Shown: positions 41,812 through 53,827, counted from the first letter of the stretch. The stretch: 64,000 nucleotides of DNA from Limnothrix sp. BL-A-16 (GCA_041937175.2 CP166615.1:768001-832000), one strand, 5' to 3'. Made by a program: numbers and translations. The notes: generated from the sequence alone by a model not told the origin.

Positions 41812-42711
41812 ATGGCTCCTCAATTTTGCTCTCCCCCTCGCACGTTTAAGCCCATGGTGCAAGCTCACACGCGAATGTTGGATCGTTCAGTTCCCCAAGC
41901 CGTAAAAGCCGCAGTCATGGTCATCGGCGGCGCAGAAGACAAGATTCACGGTCGTGAAATTCTGCACGCCTTCTTTCAGCGATCGGGCGGAACCGGTGCC
42001 AGAATCGCCATCATTCCGAGTGCTTCGCGGGAGCCATCGGTGATTGGCAGCAAGTACCGCATGATTTTCGAGAGCATGGGAGCCGAGTCGATCGAAATTC
42101 TCGATGTGCGCGATCGCGACCAAGGTTCCAACGAAAGCTATTTGGAATATGTCTACAGTTGCACGGGCGTGTTCATGACCGGCGGCGATCAGTTGCGGCT
42201 GTGTGGCCTGCTGGCGGAAACGCGGCTGATGGAAAGCATTCTGGAGCGGGTGCGGCGGCGGGAAATTTCCCTGGCCGGAACCAGTGCCGGGGCCGCAGTG
42301 ATGGGTCACCACATGATCGCGGGCGGTGGCTCGGGTGAGTCCCCCAATCGATCGCTGGTGGATATGGCCACGGGGTTTGGTGTGCTGCCCCATGTGATTG
42401 TGGATCAGCACTTCCACAACCGAAATCGGATGGCGCGGCTTTTGAGCGCTGTGTCCCTGCATCCCGATCGCCTGGGCATTGGCATTGATGAAGACACCTG
42501 CGCCTGTTTTGAGGATGATGGCTCGATCGAAGTGCTCGGCAAAGGCACGGTCACGATCATTGACCCGGGCGACATCACCTACACCAATCAATCCTTGGTG
42601 GGGGCCAACGATCCCGTCAGTCTGCATCACCTCCGCCTGCATGTGCTCAGCTACGGCGATCGATACTCAATTCCGACGCGGCGTGTGGTCAGCACCGGGC
42701 AACCGCGCTAG
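41812..42711 (+). CDS. cphB: Cyanophycinase
   Basis: IGGAEDK, TGGDQLRL, GTSAG (catalytic Ser), DQHFHNRNR, GIDEDT; start uncertain. Confidence 0.95.
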   Translation: MAPQFCSPPRTFKPMVQAHTRMLDRSVPQAVKAAVMVIGGAEDKIHGREILHAFFQRSGGTGARIAIIPSASREPSVIGSKYRMIFESMGAESIEILDVRDRDQGSNESYLEYVYSCTGVFMTGGDQLRLCGLLAETRLMESILERVRRREISLAGTSAGAAVMGHHMIAGGGSGESPNRSLVDMATGFGVLPHVIVDQHFHNRNRMARLLSAVSLHPDRLGIGIDEDTCACFEDDGSIEVLGKGTVTIIDPGDITYTNQSLVGANDPVSLHHLRLHVLSYGDRYSIPTRRVVSTGQPR

Positions 42712-42969
42712 TCGTTAAACCATTTCCGTGATCTTCCGTGATCTAACGACTCTCGCGCTCCTGGGCTAATCCAACCGAAAGAGCACGGTTCAAAACCACG
42801 GAACCCAGCCTCAGTGATGAACCGGGGCTGGGTTTTGCGTTTGAGCTTTGAAATTTTGACCCGATCGCGCGAACCACCGTTGAACCGGCAATGGATCGAG
42901 AATCGAGGATTGAGCCGATCAACGTTGGGCTAGCCACCGATGAAATCGGCAAAAGTTGTTCCAAATTGC

Positions 42970-43074
42970 CTACTTATCGGCCCCTTGCAACCGCAGCAAT
43001 AGGAAACCACCGCCCAGGCCAATCAAAATCAAGGTGAATGCCAAAAAAGCCGTGCTAAAAATTTCGCCGCTCAT
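42970..43074 (-). CDS. petM: Cytochrome b6f subunit PetM (below ORF-track cutoff)
   Basis: Manual translation [34 protein letters not shown], 34 aa. Confidence 0.93.
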   Translation of the reverse strand: MSGEIFSTAFLAFTLILIGLGGGFLLLRLQGADK

Positions 43075-43252
43075 GGTGCTATTTCAGTTTTGGTAACGTG
43101 CCCCGCCATTGTATCAACGCGCGTAGGGCTGGGACTCGAATTGCGGCTTGAATTGCGGCTCAAATTGAGACCCGGATTCAACCCCTTGATGGCTTCCCTG
43201 GCGAGCTGACTGGCGGACTGGCGGACTGGCTGGCCGCCCAACTCAGACGAAC

Positions 43253-43996
43253 TTACGGTGCGCTGTGAATCAGCAGGGCGGTGCTTTCTTTTTGGGTTGC
43301 CAAAATAGTGCCCTGCAAGCGAGCGTTCTCCAGGCGGGCATTTGCCACATTTGCCCCATGCAACTTGGCAAACCGCAAATCGGCATTGGTCAAGTTGGCC
43401 CCGGCCAAGTCAGCCCCTTCCAAGCTGGCGCGACTGAGGGAAGCGTTGTGTAAATTCGCATCCCGCAAATTAATTCCCGCCACATCCATCGGCACATCCA
43501 TATTGCCGTGGCTGGCCTGTTGCCACCGCAGCAACCCGGCCATGGTCTGGCGAGCATTGTTCAGGTTGGCCCCAGCTAACTGGGCCCCTTCCAAGTTGGC
43601 TCCCAACAGGTTGGCATCCTGGAGATTAGCCGATCGCAAATCTGCCAGAACCAATCCCACCAGGGTCAAATCCGCCTGTTGCAAATTGGCTTGGGCAAGC
43701 TTAGCCGCGTGCATTCGTGCCTCGATCGCGCTGGCTCGGCTCAAATTTGCGGCCGTCAGATCCGTGCGCCACAGTTTGGCTCCATTCAAATTCGCCCCTT
43801 GCAGGTTGGCCCCGGCCAGATCAAGATCAGACAGGTCAGCACCACTCAGGTCACAATTCGCGCAACTTTTGGTTTCCAGCAGTTGGCGCACATGGGCAGG
43901 GTTTTCCGCAACGCTCGGGAGCGCCGTCACTGCCAATGTGCTGGCGAAGAATGCAACGCCCGCCACTACTTTCGTCAACACTTGAACTGAATTCAT
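43253..43996 (-). CDS. Exported pentapeptide-repeat protein
   Basis: Signal peptide, AENPAHVRQLLETKSC..CDL, A(N/D)Lxx repeats. Confidence 0.92.
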   Translation of the reverse strand: MNSVQVLTKVVAGVAFFASTLAVTALPSVAENPAHVRQLLETKSCANCDLSGADLSDLDLAGANLQGANLNGAKLWRTDLTAANLSRASAIEARMHAAKLAQANLQQADLTLVGLVLADLRSANLQDANLLGANLEGAQLAGANLNNARQTMAGLLRWQQASHGNMDVPMDVAGINLRDANLHNASLSRASLEGADLAGANLTNADLRFAKLHGANVANARLENARLQGTILATQKESTALLIHSAP

Positions 43997-44846
43997 TGCG
44001 CCTTCCCCTCGTTCAACCTGCCTCTAATATCTAGGATAAATTGGGTGGGGGCGGTGACCGCTTGCTGTTGCGGAATGCGATCGTTACGCTTTAATACGCC
44101 GGCCGCCATTACAGAGCAATGGTGATCTCGATCGCACATCCCATCAAATACCCTTGGTTTCCATTGACTCGCGAAATTGTGCGGCAAAAAATCGCGATGT
44201 GACAGTTTCTGAACCAGATAAATCAACGGTTCCAGGTTTTAGTTCGGAAATCCGTCCCCACAACCGAAAATTGATTCAGCAGTCGATCGCGCCGATCATC
44301 ACCGCCTCGCTCGATCAAGGCAACTCAACGCTTACGGGGATCGATTTTGTTAGGATCTGCTGAGAAAAATGATTCCTCTCCAGTAAGAACCCTATTGATT
44401 TATCCTGCATTTCAAATTCAGATTTACAGAATGTAAAGAATCGATTGTTATTTTCACGCAACTATGATCGATTGGGTTAAACGTTGCTGCTGACTTTCAA
44501 CTATTGATCTGAGTATCGATTTAAGTATCGATTTGAGTATTGATGACGATCGCGGATCAAGTGCCGACTTAGCGATCGACCCAATATCCACCCGATATTC
44601 ACATCCCAGCGATCGGGCCTGGGTCAAAGTATCGCTTGAAGGTCAATGCTTGAAGGTCAATTGGAATATTGGCTAGAGTCTGAATTTGAGAAACATCAAG
44701 TTTCGATGAAGATTCTTGACAGTTGCGCAAAATAGCCGGCCACCTCGACCGATTGTTCTTCGACCCACGGTTCTGTTGCGGTCTGCCCCAAGGGCGGTAG
44801 GCTAAATGCGGGCGATCGCCCCTAGCGTCTTCCTGGCGACTGAACC

Positions 44847-45869
44847 GTGACTAAGCTGATTATTCAGATTCCCTGCTTCAACGAAGAAGAAACCCTGGGC
44901 ATTACGCTCCAGGCCTTGCCCCGCACCGTGCCCGGCTGCGATGTGGTGGAGTGGTTGGTGATTGATGATGGCAGCGTCGATCGCACCGCTGAGGTGGCTT
45001 TGGCCCATGGGGTAGACCACGTTGTGCGACTGTCCACCAATCAGGGACTGGCAAAGGCGTTCATGGCCGGTTTGGATGCTTGCTTAAAGGCCGGGGCAGA
45101 CATCATCGTGAATACCGACGCGGACAATCAATATTGTGCCGATGACATTCCGGCGCTGGTGTTTCCAATCCTGGCCCATCAAGCAGAGATGGTGATTGGG
45201 GCCCGCCCGATCGCGGAAATTGAGCATTTCTCGCCCGTCAAGAAGGCCCTGCAACAATTTGGCAGTTGGGTGGTGCGCTTGGCCAGTGACACGGACATTC
45301 CCGATGCGCCCAGCGGGTTTCGGGCCCTGAGTCGGGAGGCGGCCCTGCGGGTCAATGTATTCAATGGCTATACCTACACTCTGGAAACCATCATCCAAGC
45401 GGGTCAACAGGGAATCGCAATTGTTTCCGTGCCGATTCGCACCAATGGCTACCTGCGCCCCTCGCGCCTGGTCAAGAGCATCCGCAGCTACATCCAGCGA
45501 TCGATCTTCACGATTCTGCGGATTTTCATGACCTACAAACCCCTGCGATCGTTTCTGATTCTGGGGACAGTTCCTTTCTCGATCGGGGTCTTGTTGGGAA
45601 TTCGCTGGCTGCTGCTTTACTTCGGCGGCTCACCCCGGGCCCACGTGCCTAGTTTGATCCTGGCCGCGATCGGGATCTTGGTGGGGGTGCAGCTCTGGAT
45701 TTTGGGATTAGTGGCGGATTTGCTGGCCGTGAACCGCAAAATGCTCGAAGACATCCAACTGCGGGCCCGCCGGGCAGAAATTGAAGCCGCCCGCCAAGGA
45801 AGCGATCCCTCGGTCAGCGGCCCCCTGGCTTCGCTATATCCCATGCATGAAAACCGTTCCAGCCGCTAA
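44847..45869 (+). CDS. GT2 glycosyltransferase (polyprenol-phosphate sugar transferase-like)
   Basis: IPCFNEE, IDDGSVD, NTDADNQY, DAPSGFRA, two C-terminal TMs. Confidence 0.9.
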   Translation: MTKLIIQIPCFNEEETLGITLQALPRTVPGCDVVEWLVIDDGSVDRTAEVALAHGVDHVVRLSTNQGLAKAFMAGLDACLKAGADIIVNTDADNQYCADDIPALVFPILAHQAEMVIGARPIAEIEHFSPVKKALQQFGSWVVRLASDTDIPDAPSGFRALSREAALRVNVFNGYTYTLETIIQAGQQGIAIVSVPIRTNGYLRPSRLVKSIRSYIQRSIFTILRIFMTYKPLRSFLILGTVPFSIGVLLGIRWLLLYFGGSPRAHVPSLILAAIGILVGVQLWILGLVADLLAVNRKMLEDIQLRARRAEIEAARQGSDPSVSGPLASLYPMHENRSSR

Positions 45870-45950
45870 AGTGACCTTGCATCACGTCGCATCATGTCAA
45901 AGTTTGATCAACTGGCGGATCAATTTTGCGCAATGATTTGCAACGATTAG

Positions 45951-45979
45951 TTGACGAGCTTCAAAAAGTCTGCTAGATT
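45951..45979 (+). promoter_or_regulatory. Sigma70-type promoter of tRNA-Lys
   Basis: TTGACG-N17-TAGATT. Confidence 0.6.
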
Positions 45980-46074
45980 AATCACCCGTGTTCGGAATTT
46001 CACTGCAACACCCAACCAGCCCGGTTTTTCTTGCAGTTCCCAACACTGCCTCATAGCCCCCAACAAGGCGATGA

Positions 46075-46146
46075 GGGTCGCTAACTCAACGGTAGAGTAC
46101 TCGGCTTTTAACCGATTAGTTCTGGGTTCGAATCCCAGGCGACCCA
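46075..46146 (+). tRNA. tRNA-Lys(TTT)
   Basis: GGGTCGC/GCGACCC acceptor, TCGG-CTTTTAA-CCGA anticodon arm, GTTCGAATC. Confidence 0.97.
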
Positions 46147-46574
46147 TTTTTTAGAATCCGCAGTTTTCAGAAATAGTCTTCAGAGATAGTCTTCAGATCC
46201 TGTCTTTTGGATCCTGCTCTGGATTGAACTGACTGGATCTCCCCACACTCTGCTGTGCCTGCGCAACACCCCAAGGGCTGGTTTTGGGCGATCGAGTCGA
46301 TCGGGAGATCAAGTCACTTTCCAAAACTCCCTGCCACTCAGGATTTTCCATGGGTCAAAATCGCCCAAATCCTTTCGAGATCAGGTTTCTAGGTTTGGTC
46401 GATCGGGCGATTGGTCAATTCAAGATCTCCAAAACCGCCAAATCGCCGAAATTTTAATTCTTACTTCCAGAAAAACAGAGGGGCTGGCAACAATTGTTTT
46501 AAGATTAGTGCCAAGCACTCGACCGGCCGAGAGTTATCGAGGCATCGATATAAATCTATCTTAGGAGGATTCCT

Positions 46575-47648
46575 ATGGCGCTCGTACCCATGCGGCTTCT
46601 GCTCGACCACGCGGCAGAAAATGGCTACGGCATTCCTGCCTTCAACGTCAACAACATGGAGCAGATCCAAGCGATCATGCGGGCAGCCGATGAAACCGAT
46701 AGCCCCGTGATCCTGCAAGCGTCGCGTGGTGCTCGTAACTACGCTGGCGAAAACTTCCTGCGTCACCTGATCTTGGCAGCGGTGGAAACCTATCCCCACA
46801 TCCCCATCAGCATGCACCAAGACCACGGTAACGAGCCGGCCACCTGCTACTCGGCCATCAAAAACGGCTTCACCAGCGTGATGATGGATGGCTCGCTGGA
46901 AGCTGATGCGAAGACCCCCGCGAGCTACGAGTACAACGTGAACGTGACCCGCGAAGTGGTGAAAGTTGCCCACTCGCTGGGTGTGAGCGTGGAAGGCGAA
47001 CTGGGTTGCTTGGGTTCGCTGGAAACCGGCATGGGCGAAGCAGAAGATGGTCACGGCTTTGAAGGCAAGCTGGATCACTCCCAACTGCTGACCGACCCCG
47101 ATGAAGCAGCCGACTTCGTGGAAAAAACCCAAGTCGATGCTCTGGCAGTGGCGATCGGGACGAGCCACGGTGCTTACAAGTTCACCCGTAAGCCGACCGG
47201 CGAAATTCTGGCCATCAGCCGCATTGAAGAAATCCACAACCGTCTCCCCAACACTCACTTGGTGATGCATGGTTCGTCGTCGGTTCCCGAAGATCTGCTG
47301 GCGCTGATCAACCAATACGGCGGCACGATCCCCGAAACCTACGGCGTGCCCGTGGAAGAAATCCAAAAGGGTATCAAGTGCGGCGTGCGGAAGGTGAACA
47401 TCGACACCGACAACCGCTTGGCGATCACCGCTGCGGTGCGCGAAGCGCTGGCTGCTAACACCAAGGAATTTGACCCCCGTCACTTCCTGAAGCCGTCGAT
47501 CAAGTACATGCAAAAGGTGTGTGCCGATCGCTATAGCGAGTTCTGGACCGCTGGCAACGCTAGCAAGATCAAGCAAGTCTCGGTGGATGAGTTTGCTCGC
47601 AAGTATGCCAAGGGCGAATTGGTGGCTAAGGCTGCTGCTAAGGTCTAA
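46575..47648 (+). CDS. fbaA: Class II fructose-bisphosphate aldolase
   Basis: [56 protein letters not shown]. Confidence 0.98.
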   Translation: MALVPMRLLLDHAAENGYGIPAFNVNNMEQIQAIMRAADETDSPVILQASRGARNYAGENFLRHLILAAVETYPHIPISMHQDHGNEPATCYSAIKNGFTSVMMDGSLEADAKTPASYEYNVNVTREVVKVAHSLGVSVEGELGCLGSLETGMGEAEDGHGFEGKLDHSQLLTDPDEAADFVEKTQVDALAVAIGTSHGAYKFTRKPTGEILAISRIEEIHNRLPNTHLVMHGSSSVPEDLLALINQYGGTIPETYGVPVEEIQKGIKCGVRKVNIDTDNRLAITAAVREALAANTKEFDPRHFLKPSIKYMQKVCADRYSEFWTAGNASKIKQVSVDEFARKYAKGELVAKAAAKV

Positions 47649-47898
47649 AAAGTTCGATCGGGAAGTTGGGTGATGGATGATTCAAAATGAATCGGGCGAT
47701 CGCCCAACTCTGTCCCCGATTGAGCACTGATTAATCACTGGTTAATCACTAAATGTTTGACCCAAAAATGATAATAGCGGTGAAGCCAAGTGCCTCGCCG
47801 CTATTTTTTGCGTTTAGTTTTTTTGCTGCTGAGTTCGTTGTTTTTGGGGTCGCTGTTTTTGGGTCGATTGTTGATGCTAACTAGCGGCAGCAACCCGC

Positions 47899-48294
47899 TT
47901 AATGAACCGGGACAACCCAATCGCCGTGGCTTGTTAGGTTGCCCCCTTGGATCTGGTATTGCATGGTGTCAGCAATGGCGTTGTTTTCATCACAAAAAAC
48001 AACGGGAGCTGTGAAGGGTCGATCGCTCAAGCGATAGGCGATCGCTAAACATTTGTCGCCCACTTCTCCCAACCGTGCAGAACCACCATTGAGCGTAAAT
48101 TCGCCCGGCCCGGCGGGAATGGCGTAGGTGACCCAACGTTCACCATTGCGCAGGTTAACCAAATGCACTTGCTCATAGGCTTCAATGCCAGCACGCTCCA
48201 TCAACGCCGCATCAATGCCGACGCTGCCGTTGTAATCCACACTTTTGTCGGTGACGCGGATACCGTGAATTTTCCCGGAAACAAAGGTCTTCAT
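47899..48294 (-). CDS. panD: Aspartate 1-decarboxylase
   Basis: KIH..VT....Y.GS (G-S cleavage site), NGERWVTYAI, NGGSARL. Confidence 0.88.
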   Translation of the reverse strand: MKTFVSGKIHGIRVTDKSVDYNGSVGIDAALMERAGIEAYEQVHLVNLRNGERWVTYAIPAGPGEFTLNGGSARLGEVGDKCLAIAYRLSDRPFTAPVVFCDENNAIADTMQYQIQGGNLTSHGDWVVPVH

Positions 48295-48390
48295 CAAAGA
48301 AGCGATAAGAGAAGGATTGCCGATGATTATTTCAGAGTCTTTCCTGTTTCAGGGCCTTTTAGGTAACAGGTTCTGAGGAGTCGATCGGGG

Positions 48391-49476
48391 CTAGACCAAA
48401 ATGGGTTCGTTGATTGGCTCGTTTGGTTGTTCCAATTCTGGGCCGATCGCGCCGAATTCGGCTTCGTGGCGTTCAATTTGGGCAATGGTGCGATCGATTA
48501 GGGCCACCCCTTCGGCGGCCGTTTCAATCCGGCAGAGTTGGCCGCGCAATTCCGCCGCCCCATAGAACCCCTTGGCATACCAGGTCATGTGCTTCCGGGC
48601 TTGGCGAACACCCCGATCGCCCTTGTAAGCCGCCAACATGGTCAGGTGTTCTTGGGCACAACGCAACCGCTCGATCGGGCTGGGCTGGGGGCGCAACTCG
48701 CCGGTTTTCAAGAAATGATCAATTTCGCCCACCAAAAACGGATAGCCCATGGTGCCCCGCGAGCACATCACCCCATCCGCGCCGGTTTCCGCCAAACACC
48801 GCACCGCAGCCTCCACGGAGAAAATATCCCCGTTGGCAATGACCGGCACGGAAACCGCTTCCTTCACCCGTTGGATCCAAATCCATTTGGCGGGGCCGTT
48901 ATAGCCCTGGGCCCTGGTGCGACCGTGAACGGTCAGCATGGCTGCGCCGGCCGCTTCCATCCGCCGGGCAAAATCCACGATGTTAATTTCGCTTTCGTTC
49001 CAGCCAATCCGTGATTTCACGGTCACCGGCACGTTCACCGCCGCCACCACGGCCCGCACGATCGCCTCGGCCGTTTCGGGATCGCGCAACAGGGAGGAAC
49101 CGCCACCATTCTTGGTGATTTTGTTCACCGGGCAGCCCATGTTGATGTCCACGGTGTCAGCCCCTTCTTCAACGGCCATTTGGGCCGCCTCAGCCAAAAA
49201 TTGCGGGCGACAGTCAAACAGTTGAATGCTGATGGGGCGCTCTTCGGCGGAAACCTCCATGATTTGCGGAAGTTGCCGCGCGTAGTGCAACCCGGTGGCG
49301 TTCACCATTTCGGTGTACATCATCGAGGCGGGTGCATAGCGCCGCACCAAACGCCGAAAGACCAAATCCGTGACACCGGACAGGGGCGCTTGCAACACAC
49401 GGCTCTGAAGGGTGACGGAGCCAATTTGCAGCGGTGCGGCCAAACGGGTTTTGAGTTCAGGGGATAGGGTCAACAT
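48391..49476 (-). CDS. dusB: tRNA-dihydrouridine synthase B
   Basis: APLSGVTD, DINMGCP, VHGRTR, IANGDI. Confidence 0.93.
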   Translation of the reverse strand: MLTLSPELKTRLAAPLQIGSVTLQSRVLQAPLSGVTDLVFRRLVRRYAPASMMYTEMVNATGLHYARQLPQIMEVSAEERPISIQLFDCRPQFLAEAAQMAVEEGADTVDINMGCPVNKITKNGGGSSLLRDPETAEAIVRAVVAAVNVPVTVKSRIGWNESEINIVDFARRMEAAGAAMLTVHGRTRAQGYNGPAKWIWIQRVKEAVSVPVIANGDIFSVEAAVRCLAETGADGVMCSRGTMGYPFLVGEIDHFLKTGELRPQPSPIERLRCAQEHLTMLAAYKGDRGVRQARKHMTWYAKGFYGAAELRGQLCRIETAAEGVALIDRTIAQIERHEAEFGAIGPELEQPNEPINEPILV

Positions 49477-49633
49477 GGGCGATCGAAAGGGGCGATCGAG
49501 GCATTGGCCGCCGGCTGAAGCCATGGGCCATGCGATCGGGACAGGAAACCGTAACTCAGGGATGGGGAATTTCCCCTAAAAGTTGGCTTTTGAATATCGC
49601 CTAAGAAATATTGCCTAAGAAATATTGCCTCAA

Positions 49634-49908
49634 GAGGATGTCTGGAAAGTGCTTTTTGACAGGGGCCAAGCATCAACAGTTGTGGGGGCAAGGGGCTGAG
49701 GGCCTGTCGTCGAATTGCCTGAAACCCTGATTCCACCGTTGGCAGATCGTGGGGGACAAGGGGCTTAAGCCCCTTGTTACGACGATTGGGGCATGGAAAA
49801 TCAACCGTTGTTGTCTGATCTCAGGAAATGACGACAGGCCCCAAGTCCCTTGTTGACGTTGATTGATCAGGCCCGCAAGGTGGCAATTTCGACTTTTCAG
49901 ACATTCCC
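49634..49908. mobile_element. MITE type 1 copy carrying a nested MITE type 2
   Basis: TIRs GAGGATGTCTGGAAAGT/ACTTTTCAGACATTCCC; right end matches the 34305 end in reverse; 275 bp = 133 + 142. Confidence 0.7.
49700..49841. mobile_element. MITE type 2 (142 bp)
   Basis: Perfect 12-bp TIRs GGGCCTGTCGTC/GACGACAGGCCC; internal palindrome 49756-49777; free copies near 51.4-51.7 kb. Confidence 0.75.
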
Positions 49909-50017
49909 TAAGAATCTTGGTTTAAATCTTTCTTTAAGAATACATGGGAATTTGATCGCCCTTTCTGGAAATCGAGCGGCGGCGACAGGGCCTTAGGTTG
50001 GCACTGCCGCCGAGGGT

Positions 50018-50710
50018 TCAGCGCTTCGTGGGGATCCCAGCGGGCGGCAGCTCTCCGCTGATGACGGTCGATCGCTCAAAGAGCAATTGTCGAGCGCGGG
50101 CGGCTCCCAATTCCCCATAAACCCGCAAGGTGTAGGAACCGGGCGGCAAGGGGCCGATCGTGCCGGTAATTTGGTAATCGCATAGACAGCGACAAGATTC
50201 GCCCTCGTTGCGTTCCACGACGGTGATGATCGATTGGCTGCCTTCGCGATCGATGGAGCGATCGAGCACAAAAGCCGCACAGCAGGTGTAGGTCAAAGCA
50301 TGGCCAAAGACCAGCGTTCTGCCTTCGGTGCTGATGGCGATGTTGCTGACCAATTCTCGCCCCAAGGCCAAGGGGGAACGGGTCAACCCCTCGGATGCCC
50401 CACTTTTGCAGGTTAGAGCCCGAGCCGCCGCCCAAAGAGGCGCAACCGCAGGCGATATCGAGGCATCTTCGCAACCGGAAACCGAATAGTCAAACTTCAG
50501 CTCACGATCCAAGCCGGGCGCAGTTACCCGGGGCGTAGGCTGAGGTTGCCCAACCCTGTCGATCGCCCCCGGGAGCGCCTGGGCCACTGTCGATCGCCCT
50601 TGATCGATCGCCAGCATGGCCAAGTACCCCAGCACCACAGCCCAGCGCAGGGGCAATCGGGAGGGCGATCGCTGGCCCGATTGGTTACGCGATCGATGAA
50701 TTTGTTGCAT
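50018..50710 (-). CDS. Hypothetical exported Cys-containing protein
   Basis: Signal-like N-terminus; YTCCA and CRCLCDY motifs, PPGSYTLRV beta-rich C-terminus. Confidence 0.6.
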   Translation of the reverse strand: MQQIHRSRNQSGQRSPSRLPLRWAVVLGYLAMLAIDQGRSTVAQALPGAIDRVGQPQPTPRVTAPGLDRELKFDYSVSGCEDASISPAVAPLWAAARALTCKSGASEGLTRSPLALGRELVSNIAISTEGRTLVFGHALTYTCCAAFVLDRSIDREGSQSIITVVERNEGESCRCLCDYQITGTIGPLPPGSYTLRVYGELGAARARQLLFERSTVISGELPPAGIPTKR

Positions 50711-51004
50711 TTCCCCAATCCTCCCTTGCGCCTCGTGCAATTTACCAGTTCCCGATCGCCCCAATGCCCTACCTATTCATAACCACCCGTCAGTATTCCG
50801 TCATGGTGGTTAATAGACTGCGCTCGATCGCCCCAGGGTTTCCGAAGATCACGAGCACCCCCGAGCCGGAGTCATCCATCAACACAATTGCCACCGCGGC
50901 CTGAACCGGCGCATCGTGCGGGTTGATGAATTGACCGTTGGCTGACCTGGGCGATCGGGACGCTGAGATCAATTATTAACGATTGTTAAGAATTAATTGG
51001 GTGC

Positions 51005-51033
51005 TTGACACTTCTAGAGGAGTTCGCTAATTT
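51005..51033 (+). promoter_or_regulatory. Sigma70-type promoter of tRNA-Glu
   Basis: TTGACA-N17-TAATTT. Confidence 0.7.
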
Positions 51034-51156
51034 AGATATCGCGAAAGGCGCGGACGGCGAGCAAAACGCGAGCGAAACGCCCACAGCAAAAGAACTCAAG
51101 CGATGGTAAAGTAAGTTTACCGAGTCTGAGCGCTCTAAGCGAAAGCTTAATGATAC

Positions 51157-51229
51157 GCCCCCATCGTCTAGAGGCCTAGGACACCTCCCTTTCACGGAGG
51201 CGACGGGGATTCGAATTCCCCTGGGGGTA
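51157..51229 (+). tRNA. tRNA-Glu(TTC)
   Basis: GCCCCCA/TGGGGGT acceptor, CCTCC-CTTTCAC-GGAGG anticodon arm, TTCGAATTC. Confidence 0.97.
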
Positions 51230-51289
51230 TCAAAAAATAAAGTCTGCTAACGATCTGATTAATCCCAGAAGTTAGAGGATCTATAAAAT

Positions 51290-51326
51290 CGAGAGCTGAT
51301 CGTAATTACGATCAGCTCTCGGTTTG
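51290..51326 (+). terminator. Terminator after tRNA-Glu
   Basis: CGAGAGCTGATCGTA-AT-TACGATCAGCTCTCG hairpin followed by T-rich tail. Confidence 0.7.
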
Positions 51327-51419
51327 TTTAAGGAGTTAGAGTCAGGCACTGGAGCGATCGACAGCGGCGATCTGGGTGTGGGTGCAGAAGCAGTGCAAAA
51401 CCGCTCGATCGCCCGCCAT

Positions 51420-51681
51420 GCCCCGGTTCCACCGTTGGCGGCCCGTGGGGGACAAGATGCTCAGGCCCCTTGTCTGGGGCGGTTGGGGCATGAAAATAGC
51501 TGTTTCAGGGTGATCTGAGGAAATGGCGATCGGCCCCAGGGCTTGTCGTCATTATTTCGAGGTGATGCTGAAACAGTTGATCTTCCATGCCCTAGTCGTC
51601 GCAACAAGATGCTCAAGCCCCTTGTCCCCCACGATCCGCTAACAGCAGATCTAGGGTTTCGTGCTCAACGACGACAGGCCC
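51420..51681. mobile_element. Two inverted MITE type 2 copies (degenerate approx 51420-51537; full 51539-51681)
   Basis: 51539-51681 has TIRs GGGCTTGTCGTC/GACGACAGGCCC and aligns in reverse to 49700-49841; left copy shares TTCCACCGTTGGC..GTGGGGGACAAG..GGGGCATG..GGAAATG. Confidence 0.7.
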
Positions 51682-51689
51682 TAATGCCC

Positions 51690-52130
51690 TTACAGAGCCG
51701 TGCCGAGTTGTCGCTCCAGTTTCCGAATTAGGCCCGCGCGACTGACCACGGTGGCCCTTTGCCGATCGACCCGCACAAACACCCGTCCCGAAAACCACCT
51801 GCGCCAGGATGCGCGTTCATACACCTGGATATCAGTGCGATCGCCCAACACCGTTGTGGGATCCACCGTCGCAAATTCCCAGCTCGTGAGCAGTTGCTCC
51901 AGTTGCGCTTGCAGATCATTGCCCGATCGCACCGTCAGCTCCAGCGAAGCCGTGCGGTTGAAATAAGCCCCCAACAGCCCCAACACCAGCCCGATCGGCA
52001 AGGCCGTCTCGATCGCCTCCAGGCCCAACCGCCCACCAAACAGCAACGGCGCACTCGAGAAAGTGGCCACCACTGTCGCCATCACGGTGTAGTAGACAAA
52101 TGTGAACAAAAATCCTGGCCCCTGTGGCAT
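51690..52130 (-). CDS. Hypothetical membrane protein
   Basis: Two TM helices (FLFTFVYY.., GLVLGLLGAYFNRT) then soluble domain; start at ATG 52130 inferred. Confidence 0.7.
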   Translation of the reverse strand: MPQGPGFLFTFVYYTVMATVVATFSSAPLLFGGRLGLEAIETALPIGLVLGLLGAYFNRTASLELTVRSGNDLQAQLEQLLTSWEFATVDPTTVLGDRTDIQVYERASWRRWFSGRVFVRVDRQRATVVSRAGLIRKLERQLGTAL

Positions 52131-52332
52131 GGTCTGGCGACTCCGTACAACGTTTCCAACACAATTTCCCACCCAATTTAGACGCGATCGCCCGCCAATC
52201 AAACCCCGATCGCGATTCGGCGGCTTTCCCCAATTGATCCTTTCCCCGGTCGATCCCCGCCCGGTTTTCCAGCCAATGGCAGCCAAAGCAAAATGGTAGG
52301 ATGAAACCTCAGCGCCAGCTCCATCACTGGCC

Positions 52333-53827
<1,495 letters not shown>

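Noticed and set aside
45947..46154. Short ORFs over tRNA-Lys (likewise 50986-51195 over tRNA-Glu)
   Set aside because: Explained by the tRNA genes
46461..47576. 371-aa ORF antisense to fbaA
   Set aside because: Shadow of a highly biased gene
49593..49635. 14-bp triple repeat and similar short duplications in spacers (approx 9340, 34243, 38361, 43138)
   Set aside because: Ordinary slippage-type repeats with no evident function
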